A stretch of 64,000 nt of DNA from contig NZ_VZQZ01000011.1 of the NCBI RefSeq assembly GCF_008802365.1, forward strand, positions 129,501 to 193,500. Direction: 5' to 3'. The translations under genes were made by a program, and so were the position numbers. This document shows positions 39,316 to 49,034 of the stretch, piece by piece (position 1 is the first letter of the stretch; each line of letters opens with the position of its first letter). Below the pieces are notes generated by a model that had not been told where the DNA came from, did not search any database, and saw only the letters and a list, made by a program, of their open reading frames with translations. This stretch comes from Oryzomonas japonica (GTDB taxonomy: Bacteria; Desulfobacterota; Desulfuromonadia; Geobacterales; Pseudopelobacteraceae).

Positions 39316-39822
39316 ATGAAAAAAACCCCTTGGTCCCACGCAGGGCACCTGTTGCTCCTCATCACCTGGGTAACACTCCTGGGGCTGTTCTTTGCCATGA
39401 CCGAAATCCAGATCGAGGGGGCTAACGGCTGGGCCGCTTCCCTGCCCACCTGGCGCGTCGAAAAGCATTGGCTGCTGGACCTTTTCTGGGGCGGCCGGGC
39501 CATGACCGGCTACCACGCCTGGGTATTTTCCTTCATGTGCCTGGTCTTCCACCTGCCCCACGCCATCGTGGGACGGATCACCTGGCGTCAGGAGGCGCGG
39601 TGCCTCGGTTCGTTGATGATCTTCTGGATCATCGAGGACTTCCTCTGGTTCGTTATGAACCCGGCCTTCGGCATCGCCCATTTCAGGCCGCAATTCATCC
39701 CCTGGCACAAACATTGGGCCGTGGGCGTGCCCACGGATTATCTACTCTTCACCGCGGTGGGATCCCTGCTCCTCATGGCTTCTTTTTCAGGATTGCGCTC
39801 GAACGAGAGAGTACAGCCGTGA
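39316..39822 (+). CDS. integral membrane protein, hypothetical
   Basis: 4-5 TM helices. An alternative GTG start lies at 39304. Confidence 0.5.
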   Translation: MKKTPWSHAGHLLLLITWVTLLGLFFAMTEIQIEGANGWAASLPTWRVEKHWLLDLFWGGRAMTGYHAWVFSFMCLVFHLPHAIVGRITWRQEARCLGSLMIFWIIEDFLWFVMNPAFGIAHFRPQFIPWHKHWAVGVPTDYLLFTAVGSLLLMASFSGLRSNERVQP

Positions 39823-39930
39823 ACTGAATCACAGAGTTTTCCTTTCCTTACTGCGCTCGCCTTTCATTAATTGCCTATTGAAATTCCCCTCACAACTTGA
39901 GAAAATGAATCGAGAAGGAGGTACGCGATT

Positions 39931-40389
39931 ATGATACGCAAAGCGCTACTGCTCATGGGAGCCCTGTTCCTGCTGGGAGGGTTCACGTCGCTCCCGGACC
40001 GGCTCAGGGAACAACTAAAAACGTCACCACAGCATTATTCCCAGTTTGATGTGAATATGGGGTGGGATGTGAAAGCGGAGAAGGGCATCACCGCCATTAA
40101 CGGCGTTATCCAGAATGTCCGTTATGCAACGATGGAAGATATTGAGATCTGGGTATCGTCGATTGACGCCAGCGGCAAGGTCGTCAGCCGGTCAGTGGGT
40201 TATGTGATCCCGCGGACCCTGGAGAAGGACGGTCTTACCACCTTCGGCGTCACGTTGCCGACCATGGCGGCGCCGGGCACAAAACTTATTTTCACCTACA
40301 AATACAGTGGGAGTGACGACGGCGGCTCGGATGGCGGCGGCACCAAGTGGATGCAATCGTTTGAATCGATCGTTTCTCCCCCTGCATAG
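39931..40389 (+). CDS. secreted hypothetical protein
   Basis: Signal peptide MIRKALLLMGALFLLGGFTS. RBS GGAGG upstream. Confidence 0.55.
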   Translation: MIRKALLLMGALFLLGGFTSLPDRLREQLKTSPQHYSQFDVNMGWDVKAEKGITAINGVIQNVRYATMEDIEIWVSSIDASGKVVSRSVGYVIPRTLEKDGLTTFGVTLPTMAAPGTKLIFTYKYSGSDDGGSDGGGTKWMQSFESIVSPPA

Positions 40390-40569
40390 AGACGGGAAGC
40401 AGGGAGCACAGAAAAGCCCACCCCGAAAGAGGTGGGCTTTTCTGTGCCTGGTCGCGGCGCGTGGAATTTCCGGATAATATGAATAATTTGACGTACGTCA
40501 TGCATAAGGTGAATGCAGGGGGGTATGCTGCTCTCGGATAGCGACACACCAATTCAGGAGGAGCAGACT

Positions 40570-40860
40570 ATGTGCGATTGTGGACCAAACGGAGGACCGG
40601 GAGCAGGGCCGTTTGCCACCGGCAGAGAACTTGTGGAATTCGTGCTTGCAGCCCATGGCGGTGCTCTAGCAGCGTCACCCCTACCCAATGGCGGGCTGAC
40701 GGCAACGTGCCAGGGATGCGGCGCATCCTTTTTACTGGTGTCGTTCGTCCAGGCCTGCCCGGAGTGCGGCGGCGTGCATGCCGTATCGCCGCCTCGCGCC
40801 GCAGACCCGGCTGCCATCCAGTTTGCCGGGGCCAATTTCGTCCTGCCGACGGTGCCGTGA
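40570..40860 (+). CDS. small Cys-rich (zinc-ribbon-like) protein, 96 aa
   Basis: RBS AGGAGG 8 nt upstream. CDC...CQGC...CPEC Cys pattern. Confidence 0.5.
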   Translation: MCDCGPNGGPGAGPFATGRELVEFVLAAHGGALAASPLPNGGLTATCQGCGASFLLVSFVQACPECGGVHAVSPPRAADPAAIQFAGANFVLPTVP

Positions 40861-40893
40861 ACCTACGGCGACTCTGGGGGAAAGGAGCATGTA

Positions 40894-41046
40894 ATGGTCA
40901 CCACAAGTGAAATCGTCGTTACGGCAACCATCTGGGTGCTGACCGCAACCGGCGGGTTCTTCGGGATGCGCGCCGCGGTGCGTAGGAAACGAGAAAAACG
41001 CGCCGGGCTGGATGCAGACAAGGCGATGCGCAGAAATAGCATCTAA
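40894..41046 (+). CDS. 50-aa single-TM peptide (low confidence)
   Basis: RBS AAGGAG 6 nt upstream. MVTTSEIVVTATIWVLTATGGFFGMRAAVRRKREKR... Confidence 0.3.
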   Translation: MVTTSEIVVTATIWVLTATGGFFGMRAAVRRKREKRAGLDADKAMRRNSI

Positions 41047-41049
41047 AAG

Positions 41050-41616
41050 CTAGAGCCAATGTTTGGGGTACGAGCGATGATACACCACGTTATTGGTAAA
41101 GATCGCCGTTGCCAGAAGGATCAACGCCCCTGCCAGCACCGGCATCAGGATGAAGCTCGGGCCCACCGCCCCCTGTACGCCGATCAGGGCGGTGGCTCCG
41201 CCGGGAGGATGGGTTGTGTGGGTCACGTTCATCACGAAAATGGCCAGCCCCACCCCAATGGCCATGGTCACCGGCGAGGAGCCGAAGAGGGCGACCACAA
41301 CCACCGCCACCGTGGCGGAGACAAGGTGCCCTCCGACCAGGTTGCGCGGCTGCGCCAGCGGCGAATCCGTGGCGCCGAACAGGAGAACCGCCGAAGCGCC
41401 GAACGAGCCGATCAGCAAGGGATGGCCGACCAGGGTAGTCACCTCGCAAATAGCAAGAATACCCAGGGTGGCGCTGATGAAGCTCCAGACGGCATAGCGC
41501 AGCGACATGGGCGGGCGCGGCCCCCGGAGCGGGGCTTTGCAGTTGCGGGGCAGCCTGGCAAGCCTCTTATTGATCGCAAGGTGCCTTCTCACAAAGATTG
41601 AAATGCGTTTTTTCAT
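41050..41616 (-). CDS. HPP-family membrane protein
   Basis: HPPGGA motif and four TM helices. Confidence 0.75.
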   Translation of the reverse strand: MKKRISIFVRRHLAINKRLARLPRNCKAPLRGPRPPMSLRYAVWSFISATLGILAICEVTTLVGHPLLIGSFGASAVLLFGATDSPLAQPRNLVGGHLVSATVAVVVVALFGSSPVTMAIGVGLAIFVMNVTHTTHPPGGATALIGVQGAVGPSFILMPVLAGALILLATAIFTNNVVYHRSYPKHWL

Positions 41617-41826
41617 TCAGCCGATGCCTCCGATTTCATGACCAAGATACGTTTCAGGCGGTATGCGCCGCTGACAACCGGGCTCAGTGCCCGCAAAAGA
41701 TGGTGCTGGAGCGTGCATTCGGAACACGTCAAAGGTAGCATAAATCACCGGCATGGCTTTGACTCAGATCAAAAATGCCGTGATGCGGGGCCATGAATGG
41801 CCGTGTCGTGCGCGGGAGAGATGGCC

Positions 41827-41870
41827 GGGAAAAGGAAAACCCGCTCAACCCTCGGAAGGGTGGGCGGGTT
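41827..41870 (-). terminator. rho-independent terminator downstream of the nifK-like gene
   Basis: On the minus strand, the GC hairpin AACCCGCCCACCC-TTCCGA-GGGTTGAGCGGGTT is followed by TTTTCCTTTTCC. Confidence 0.5.
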
Positions 41871-41916
41871 CACGATGCGACGTCTGGAGCGGTATCACCC
41901 CGGTGCCGGAAGGAGT

Positions 41917-43260
41917 CTACCTCCCCGCCACAACAGCGCTGAGGATATCCTCGGTCAGGCGCAGTCCTCCGCGGAAACCGGTGTAGCCCCGGTCGAGCAC
42001 GGCACGGTTGGACACCGGGAAACTGACCGACAGGTGGGGAGCGCCGATGGTCTGGGCCAGTTCCCGCTCCAAAGAGCTGCCGATGACAAAGGCCGGGCTG
42101 AAGGCGTTATGGTACTTTTGGCCACCGGCCGGCGGCCATTTCTTCTGCAGGTGTTCGATGGCGCGGCTGCCGTCGGTCTCGAAGACCAGCGTGCTCTTGT
42201 AGCGCGACTCCAGAACGTTCAATTGGCTGGTCAGCCGGTCCTTTTCCTCGTCCTCCAAGGGGTCGGTGCAGACGGTCAGTTCGGGGAGCCATCCCAGGTC
42301 GTCGGCCAGGAACTTGGTCAGGGCCGTGGCATAGTTGGCGTCGCCCACGACGATGGCGTAACGTTGCAGGTCCAGGTCGTTGAGGCAGTCGGTCAGCGGT
42401 TCGAGGAAGCGGAAGTAGGCCTGTTTCTCCCGGCTGAGGACCGTGTTGACCTTCTGCCGGGAAATCTTCAGGGCCTTGCCCACGCTCCGCAGGAAGGCTT
42501 CCGAGGCGCTGGCGCCCACCGGCAACGACAGGCTCAGAAAGGGTGTGCCGTGGATATCTTCGAACAGCTTGGCAGCCTCAACCCCGTAGACGTGGGACAC
42601 GACGATGTTCAATGAGGCCGCCCCGGCCCCGCGGATGTTCTCTATGGTGTCTTCCGAGGTAAAGAACGAGTTGACGGTCAGCCCCAGGGCCTCCAGCAGA
42701 CGGCGCACCCCTTCCAGGTTGCCGCGCCAGAACGGGTCTGCCGACGGCACGACGCCCCACAGGTTGACGCTGTTTTTGACCTTTGCCGCGCCGCGCTCCA
42801 CGAATTCCCGGAACAGGGACTGCAAGGCCAGATCGTATCCCCAGTAGGAGTTTCCCTTGAATCCCCCGGTCTCGGCGCCGATGATCGGAACATTCTGATC
42901 GCGGAAATCGGAAACCACCGTCTTGATGTCGTCGCCGATCACCTCGGTGACGCAGCCGGTCAAGATGGCGTAGATCTGGCCGTCCATGACCTTGAGGGTA
43001 CTTTCGACCTGTTCCCTGAGGCGCGCATCGCCGCCGAAGACCACCTCCCGTTCCTGGACGTTGGAACTGGGGATGGAGAGGGGCCCGCAATACCCCCCCA
43101 CCTGGAGACCCGAGCCGCCGTTCTGGGCCCAGGCGAAGTTGCCGGCGCAGCCCGAGGCGGAATGAAGGATGGGGATGCCTCCGGGAAGGGCCGCGATGGT
43201 TGCCGCAGCACCGCCAAGTGCGCACACGTAACGGGGCCGTTCGATAAAATTGTCGCTCAT
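41917..43260 (-). CDS. nitrogenase component-1-type oxidoreductase, beta (NifK/NifN/MarK-like) subunit
   Basis: 447 aa. Nitrogenase component-1 fold (ALGGAAATIAALPGGIPILHSASGCAGNF; ILTGCVTEVIGDDI). Start overlaps the upstream stop by 4 nt. Confidence 0.8.
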   Translation of the reverse strand: MSDNFIERPRYVCALGGAAATIAALPGGIPILHSASGCAGNFAWAQNGGSGLQVGGYCGPLSIPSSNVQEREVVFGGDARLREQVESTLKVMDGQIYAILTGCVTEVIGDDIKTVVSDFRDQNVPIIGAETGGFKGNSYWGYDLALQSLFREFVERGAAKVKNSVNLWGVVPSADPFWRGNLEGVRRLLEALGLTVNSFFTSEDTIENIRGAGAASLNIVVSHVYGVEAAKLFEDIHGTPFLSLSLPVGASASEAFLRSVGKALKISRQKVNTVLSREKQAYFRFLEPLTDCLNDLDLQRYAIVVGDANYATALTKFLADDLGWLPELTVCTDPLEDEEKDRLTSQLNVLESRYKSTLVFETDGSRAIEHLQKKWPPAGGQKYHNAFSPAFVIGSSLERELAQTIGAPHLSVSFPVSNRAVLDRGYTGFRGGLRLTEDILSAVVAGR

Positions 43261-44777
43261 GCCGCTGTACCTCCACGTTGATCGATATGGGAAAAGGGGT
43301 CCGCTGTGTACCAGGCATCGCTGTAGGGAAGCCGGAGGTTTTCGCCCAGCTTGCGGTTATAGATCGGATTTTTGAGCTGGCGGTACAGGCGGCGGGCGAC
43401 CTCGTAGACCCCCCGGTAACCGATGTAAGCCAGTCCGGTGTTGTAGATGACATGGGTGGGAATGCCCAGTTTGGCGGCGGTGCCGTTGCCGTTGGCATGC
43501 CCCAGAAACAGGTCCGGCTTGATCCTTTTCAGCAGGTTGGCCTCCTCGAAGGGCTGTACGTTGGCGATATCGATCACATAATCGTCCTTGCTGGAATTGG
43601 CCAGTTTCCGATATTCCCCCTCGGCGAATTCGTCGTGGTGGAAGGAGCGGATGCCAGAGACCGTGAGCCCCAGCTCTTCCAGCAGACGGGCCGTTGCCAG
43701 GGCGCGGAACTCGCCGGCGCTGATGAAGACCCGCTTCCCCTCGAACAAGGGGCGGAAGACCTCAAGCGCCTCCCGCAGTTCCCGTTCCTCATGCTCTATG
43801 ATCCGCTCCGCCTTCTCCTCTTCGCCGAAACGGGCCGCCACGTCCCGCAGCCAGAGGCCGGTGTTCTCGATGCCGATCGGCATGTGGCGGATCAGGGAGG
43901 GGACGCCGAAACGCTCCTCCAGATAGCCGAGGAAATAGTCGTCATGGGTCGGGCAGGTGCTGACCGACAGTGCCGCCTGGGTGGCCTTGACCATGTTCTC
44001 GGGATGGGCGAAGACCGGGAAGACGTTGACATCCAGACCGAGGGTGGTCAGGAGGCGTTCCAGCTCCACCTCGTCGACACGCCCCATGGAGGACACGTTC
44101 ATAAGGTTGACGGTGCGGGGCAGCCGCTCCAGCCCCTTGAAGGGCGCCAGGCCGTCCTCGGTCGGGGCCTGTTCACCTTCCCGAAGCAGGGTACGGCCGA
44201 TGCCGTGGTAGACCGCATCGTAGGCCGTGGCCCAGATCTTGGTTTTGAAACCTTCACAATGCACCGGTAGCAGTTTGGCGGTCACCTGGGGCTGGACCCG
44301 TTGCACCACGCCGTCGATATCGTCGCCGATGATGCCGGGTACACAGCCCGCCACCACGGTGATGCTGAAGGGGCGGTACCGCCGGTCGGCCTCGATGATG
44401 GCCTTTTCCAGTTTTTCTTCGCCGCCGGTGATGACATCGGTTTCATCCATGGCCGTGGAGAGCCAGACGCCGTCCTTGGGGCGTCCCCAGCGCGCATTGC
44501 TGCCGAAGCGCACATTGGTGTTCTGGGAGTGGGTGCAGCCGCCGCAGCCGATGGCGCTGTGCAGCAACACCACATTGTCCGGAAGGGTGTTGAGCATGGC
44601 CAGGGCCGGCAGGATCAGGCAGATGGACCCTTGGGTGAAGGAGCGTTCGCCGTCGTCGTGCAGGCAGGACTTCTTGCCCTTGGCGCCGGCCATTTCGCAG
44701 ATCGTGCCGCCGTGGGCGATGCAGGCCTTGAGGCGGTCTTCACGCTTTGGGGGGGATTTCAGGTCGATAGAGCTCAT
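43257..44777 (-). CDS. nitrogenase component-1-type oxidoreductase, alpha (NifD/NifE/MarD-like) subunit
   Basis: 506 aa from MSSIDLKSPP.... CIAHGGTICEMAGAK; VLLHSAIGCGGCTHSQ; VVAGCVPGIIGDDI; HCEGF. These are hallmarks of the NifD/NifE family. Confidence 0.8.
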   Translation of the reverse strand: MSSIDLKSPPKREDRLKACIAHGGTICEMAGAKGKKSCLHDDGERSFTQGSICLILPALAMLNTLPDNVVLLHSAIGCGGCTHSQNTNVRFGSNARWGRPKDGVWLSTAMDETDVITGGEEKLEKAIIEADRRYRPFSITVVAGCVPGIIGDDIDGVVQRVQPQVTAKLLPVHCEGFKTKIWATAYDAVYHGIGRTLLREGEQAPTEDGLAPFKGLERLPRTVNLMNVSSMGRVDEVELERLLTTLGLDVNVFPVFAHPENMVKATQAALSVSTCPTHDDYFLGYLEERFGVPSLIRHMPIGIENTGLWLRDVAARFGEEEKAERIIEHEERELREALEVFRPLFEGKRVFISAGEFRALATARLLEELGLTVSGIRSFHHDEFAEGEYRKLANSSKDDYVIDIANVQPFEEANLLKRIKPDLFLGHANGNGTAAKLGIPTHVIYNTGLAYIGYRGVYEVARRLYRQLKNPIYNRKLGENLRLPYSDAWYTADPFSHIDQRGGTAA

Positions 44778-44836
44778 GGTTGTTCCTTTCTCCGTTTTTC
44801 CAGATGTTTTCATCTCGTTCCCGCTCAGGTATGGCG

Positions 44837-46198
44837 TTACAGCGTTTTTCTGATCTTTGCCGGAATCCCCCGCGAGCAGGGGATATTGGTGGAGCAATGA
44901 CCACAAGAGCCGTAATTCCATTCCTTGAAATGTTCCTTGTTGCCGTGGGTCTCGCACCTTCCGGGCAACTTGCCGGCATCGGTGACGGCCCCGGTGGGGC
45001 AACGCCTGATACAGGCATCGCAGCTTCCGTCAAAGGCATACAGACAGTAGCCGTAGACCTCCGTGTAGTTCCTTTCCGTCGGGGTCAGGTGCAATGTGGT
45101 GACGACACTGCACAGCCGCCCCAGGCATCCCTTTTCGGAGATGAAATTCTGGTGCAGGCCGAAGGTGCCGAGTCCGGCGGCGAAAGCGGCATGCCGCTCC
45201 GACCAGAACGGCCGCCAGTTATCGGAATCGTAGCGGGGGTCGATATTGGGCGCGACAGCCTTGCCACCATGCTGCGCGGCAAAACGGATCAAGGCCCGGC
45301 GGACCACGTTGAGAAACTTTGAGCCGTTCCATTTGCCGGACGAAAATTCGATGGCGGAATAACGCTGCTCCCTGGAGTAGTTGGCCGATATATGCTCCGT
45401 GAACGGCAGAAAGACGCTGATGACCGAACGGGCTCCCGGCAGCCATTCATAGGGGAGCCGGTGCCCCGGGCCGACCACCTCCGGGTCCTGAAAACGCTCG
45501 AACAACGAGTCATGGGCGGAAGCGATGCCGATCAGCGGTTCAGCCCAGATCGGCGGGTTTGTCCCTTCCGGGAGCGCGTTGCGGAAATCGGTCTTCACCA
45601 GATGAGCCACAAAATGCAACAGTTCATCGTACGGGACATCGGGCCGAACCTTTCCGTCAATCACATTTTTCGGCACGGGATCGGGCTGGAAGAACAAGGG
45701 GTTGATCCCGTTCTTGATCTCCCGCCCCCTGGTCTTCTGCTCGGGGTTGGGATGGGGCGATCCCTTGACGATCAGAGGGACGTCAAAGGGTTTTCTGAAG
45801 CCGGGGGGCGACCCCTTGGTGAAGTCATAGGCGGTCCAGATATAAAGTTGTTCGTAGATATTTTCCAGCAACTCCTCGGCCAGTTCCGTCGCGCTTTGCC
45901 CATCGTTCAGGCGGGTGGCCCCCTCTTCCGGGAACAGTTCTCCCTCTATGAAGTAGTAGACCTCCTGGCGGATGGGGATGCTGGCGTTGCGCAGGGTGGC
46001 GGTCCGGTCCGAGGTTCGCACGGCAAGTACCTTGCGCCGGTCGGGCCTGTATTCATAAAGGTTCGCCTGGAGGATGTAGTCTTTCAGGCATTCGAATACC
46101 GACTGGCGATTGAGGATATTCGGGTACGGTTCGCCCCACTTGGGGATCTCGTTGACAAACAGCGAAGTGCTTTCGGATGATAAATTTTTGCCGGACAT
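44837..46198 (-). CDS. QueG/reductive-dehalogenase-like 4Fe-4S protein (paralogue of 26105..26944 with long N-terminal extension)
   Basis: WSERHAAFAAGLGTFGLHQNFISEKGCLGRLCSVVTTLHL...CDACIRRCPTGAV...CGHCSTNIPC. Start chosen at MSGKNLSS. Confidence 0.6.
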   Translation of the reverse strand: MSGKNLSSESTSLFVNEIPKWGEPYPNILNRQSVFECLKDYILQANLYEYRPDRRKVLAVRTSDRTATLRNASIPIRQEVYYFIEGELFPEEGATRLNDGQSATELAEELLENIYEQLYIWTAYDFTKGSPPGFRKPFDVPLIVKGSPHPNPEQKTRGREIKNGINPLFFQPDPVPKNVIDGKVRPDVPYDELLHFVAHLVKTDFRNALPEGTNPPIWAEPLIGIASAHDSLFERFQDPEVVGPGHRLPYEWLPGARSVISVFLPFTEHISANYSREQRYSAIEFSSGKWNGSKFLNVVRRALIRFAAQHGGKAVAPNIDPRYDSDNWRPFWSERHAAFAAGLGTFGLHQNFISEKGCLGRLCSVVTTLHLTPTERNYTEVYGYCLYAFDGSCDACIRRCPTGAVTDAGKLPGRCETHGNKEHFKEWNYGSCGHCSTNIPCSRGIPAKIRKTL

Positions 46199-46208
46199 GA
46201 CGGTCTCC

Positions 46209-46973
46209 TTACCGTTTCCCTGTCCAGTACAGGGCTCTGCGCTGGATCGCATCGAAAATTTCCATCATCAGGATGATGAAGATGGACATGAAGATCATGC
46301 CTGCCAGGACACGGGGATAGTCGGAGAAGTCCGAATAATACTGAATGAAATACCCCATGCCGGATTTGGCCCCGAACATCTCCGCAACCGTCAGCAGGAT
46401 GAAGCTGAAGACCAGCGCCATCCCGGCCCCGGCAAAGATATGGGGGAGCGCCCCCGGAAAGACCACCAGTCGGAACAGGCGGTTGCCATGGAGCCCCAAC
46501 GCCCTGGCGTTATCCAGATAACGTTCCTCCAGCAGCACTACCCCATGGATGGTCCCCATCAGGATGGGCCAGAAGGCGCCCACAAAAACGATGAATGCCG
46601 ACGAGAGCCAGAACGTGGGCAGTACGGAGATGGCGTAGGGGATCAGCATCGTGGGTGGGATCGGGCTGATGCCCCTGAAGAGGGGCATCAGCGTGGTCCG
46701 CACGGCCTGGTGATAGCCGACGAAAAGCCCTAGGACGACACCCAGGACCAAAGCCAGGAAATAACTGGGCAGCAGCAGGCCGAAGGAGCTCAACAGGCCT
46801 TCGAGGAGCTTGGGGAGCGCCTCGGCAAATGCCGGGAGAATCCTGGAAAGCCCGGGGAACAGGACCGGTTCCAGCCATCCCGTGATATCGGTAGCCAGTT
46901 CGAAGATGGCTACGAAGATCAGGATGATGATGACTGTCCCGGTGTATTTTTTAACGTTTGTGGTCAGTAACAC
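46209..46973 (-). CDS. ABC transporter permease, NitT/TauT (sulfonate/nitrate/taurine) family
   Basis: SsuC/TauC-type permease with EAA-like loop (LEERYLDNARALGLHGNRLFRLVVFPGALP). Confidence 0.8.
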   Translation of the reverse strand: MLLTTNVKKYTGTVIIILIFVAIFELATDITGWLEPVLFPGLSRILPAFAEALPKLLEGLLSSFGLLLPSYFLALVLGVVLGLFVGYHQAVRTTLMPLFRGISPIPPTMLIPYAISVLPTFWLSSAFIVFVGAFWPILMGTIHGVVLLEERYLDNARALGLHGNRLFRLVVFPGALPHIFAGAGMALVFSFILLTVAEMFGAKSGMGYFIQYYSDFSDYPRVLAGMIFMSIFIILMMEIFDAIQRRALYWTGKR

Positions 46974-46985
46974 GGGCTATTCCCT

Positions 46986-48035
46986 CTAACTGTTCTGCTT
47001 TTCAAAGTGTTTTTTCGCATTCAGGTAATAACGGTCCTTGGGATTGCGGCGGATCAATTCACCGAGCGCGTCGCGGTACAACTGGGTGTTGATGTAGCGA
47101 TTGATATCCAGTTCCGACGTGACATAGTTGATCTCCTTCAGCTCATGCCACATCTGCTTGACCCGGTGCTTGTCGGGATCGACGCTGACGTGCTGGTGCG
47201 GTTCACTCACGAAGGTGGCAGCCAGGTTGTCGTCGATATTCATATAGCGCTTGGTTATGTTCTGGGCCAATTTGGGGTTGGTGTCCTTGATCTTTTCGGC
47301 TTGCAGCAGAGCCCGCAGGAAAGCCCGGTAGACGTCCGGGGCGCCGTTGACCGCCTTGCCCTTGGCGACGATGCGGCAGCAGGGATGCTGCGGGAAAAAA
47401 TCGTTGCTCCACCCGACGATCGCGAGGCCGGATTCCTTGGCTTGCAGGAAGATGGACGACGCACCGATACCCACATCGACCTTGCCCGATTTGACCGCTT
47501 CCAGCACAGCAGGCGGATTTTTCAGTTCTATGATCTTCAGATCTTTGTTCGGGTCGAGTCCGGCGCGTTTGAGCGCCCCGCGCCAGACCACGTCCGCCGT
47601 ATAGAGCCGGGGAACGGCAACCGTTTTCCCCTTGAAGTCCCTGATGGTTTTAAATTGCCCGGCCCGCGCGGGAAGGGCTATTACCGGATGCCCCCCTGCC
47701 AGGGCCCCGCCGATGATAGTAAAGTCGGATCCCTTGGAGATAAAGGTCAGCGGCGCCGCCGTGCCGAAAGAGATCCCGATGTCGATCTTGCCGCTGTTGA
47801 GCGCATTCAGGCCGTCGCCGGTGCTGCTGAACTGCACCAATTCGACCTCGACGCCCTCCTTGGTAAAGAGCTTCTGATCCTGGGCGACAAAGGCCAGGAT
47901 GCTGGCGCCGCCGGGGGTATAGCCAACCTTGAGTTTTCCCTGCTGTTTGGCCTGTGCCTGGGTCATGGTCAGCAGCAGCGCGACCAGCACCAGGGCAATA
48001 ATGTTGCCTGCCAGTACCACTTGTTTCAACCTCAT
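46986..48035 (-). CDS. ABC transporter substrate-binding protein (NMT1/SsuA-like)
   Basis: Signal peptide then an NMT1-type periplasmic binding fold. Confidence 0.75.
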   Translation of the reverse strand: MRLKQVVLAGNIIALVLVALLLTMTQAQAKQQGKLKVGYTPGGASILAFVAQDQKLFTKEGVEVELVQFSSTGDGLNALNSGKIDIGISFGTAAPLTFISKGSDFTIIGGALAGGHPVIALPARAGQFKTIRDFKGKTVAVPRLYTADVVWRGALKRAGLDPNKDLKIIELKNPPAVLEAVKSGKVDVGIGASSIFLQAKESGLAIVGWSNDFFPQHPCCRIVAKGKAVNGAPDVYRAFLRALLQAEKIKDTNPKLAQNITKRYMNIDDNLAATFVSEPHQHVSVDPDKHRVKQMWHELKEINYVTSELDINRYINTQLYRDALGELIRRNPKDRYYLNAKKHFEKQNS

Positions 48036-48072
48036 CTGATTCTCCTTTAAGTAATATGAAAATGGACTAAAG

Positions 48073-48975
48073 TTAGTTCCGCCACCTCAGTAAATGGCGT
48101 TCAAGCCGTTCCGTGCCGAAGGTAATGACCAGCACCACCAGACTTATGAAGATGATGCCCACGACCACCCGCGGGTAGTCGGCAAAGTCGGCGAAGTTCT
48201 TCACATACCAGCCGATGCCCGAGTTGGCCCCGATCAGTTCGGCGGCGGTCAACAGCACGAAGGCAAAGACCAGTGCAAGCGTAGCCCCGGTGCAGATGGA
48301 GGGCATGGCACCCGGCAGGATGACCCGCAGCAGCAAGGTATGCTCCTTCAAGCCCAGTACCCGGGCGGAGTCCAACAGCCCCTTGGGGATGTTGAAGACA
48401 CCGTTGACCGTGTTGATGAAAATGGGCCAAAAAGCGCCGATGAAGATCACGAAGATCGAGGCAGCACGGAAGCTCGGCAACAGGGCAATGGCGTAGGGAA
48501 TATAGACAATGGGCGGAATGGGCCCCAGCACCTTGGTGAACGGGTTGACGGCATGGAACAGGCGGACCCGCCAGCCGACCAGAAGCCCCAGCGGCAGGGC
48601 GGTTGCCACAGCCAGCAGATACCCGCTCACCAACAGGATCAGGGAGTTCACCAGCCCCTTGAGCATGTCCGGCAATTCGGCCACGAACAGCGTCAATACC
48701 GCTTCCGGCTGGGGGAAGAGCATCTTGTCCAGCACAATGAAGCGGGAGGTGGCCACGTACCATGCCAGAAGAATGGCAAGGATGATGGCGCTCACATCGC
48801 TGGATCCCCGACGCGATGCTTCATTTTTGACGGTAGCCAGCATGATCAGATCAATGGCCTTGACCACAATGGCCACGGTCAGGAGGTGCCAGGGGACCGG
48901 CCCCGCCGACGGCCAGAGAATGGCTGCCAGCAGGGTGATAAAGAGCAGGTTTGAAGTAGTTGTTACCTGGTTCAT
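48073..48975 (-). CDS. ABC transporter permease, NitT/TauT family (second)
   Basis: SsuC-type six-TM permease (LDSARVLGLKEHTLLLRVILPGAMP). Confidence 0.8.
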   Translation of the reverse strand: MNQVTTTSNLLFITLLAAILWPSAGPVPWHLLTVAIVVKAIDLIMLATVKNEASRRGSSDVSAIILAILLAWYVATSRFIVLDKMLFPQPEAVLTLFVAELPDMLKGLVNSLILLVSGYLLAVATALPLGLLVGWRVRLFHAVNPFTKVLGPIPPIVYIPYAIALLPSFRAASIFVIFIGAFWPIFINTVNGVFNIPKGLLDSARVLGLKEHTLLLRVILPGAMPSICTGATLALVFAFVLLTAAELIGANSGIGWYVKNFADFADYPRVVVGIIFISLVVLVITFGTERLERHLLRWRN

Positions 48976-49034
48976 GGGTTATATCCTGATAGGTATGAAT
49001 GTGCGGTTCCGAATCGCAGCCCTGGAATGCCTTC

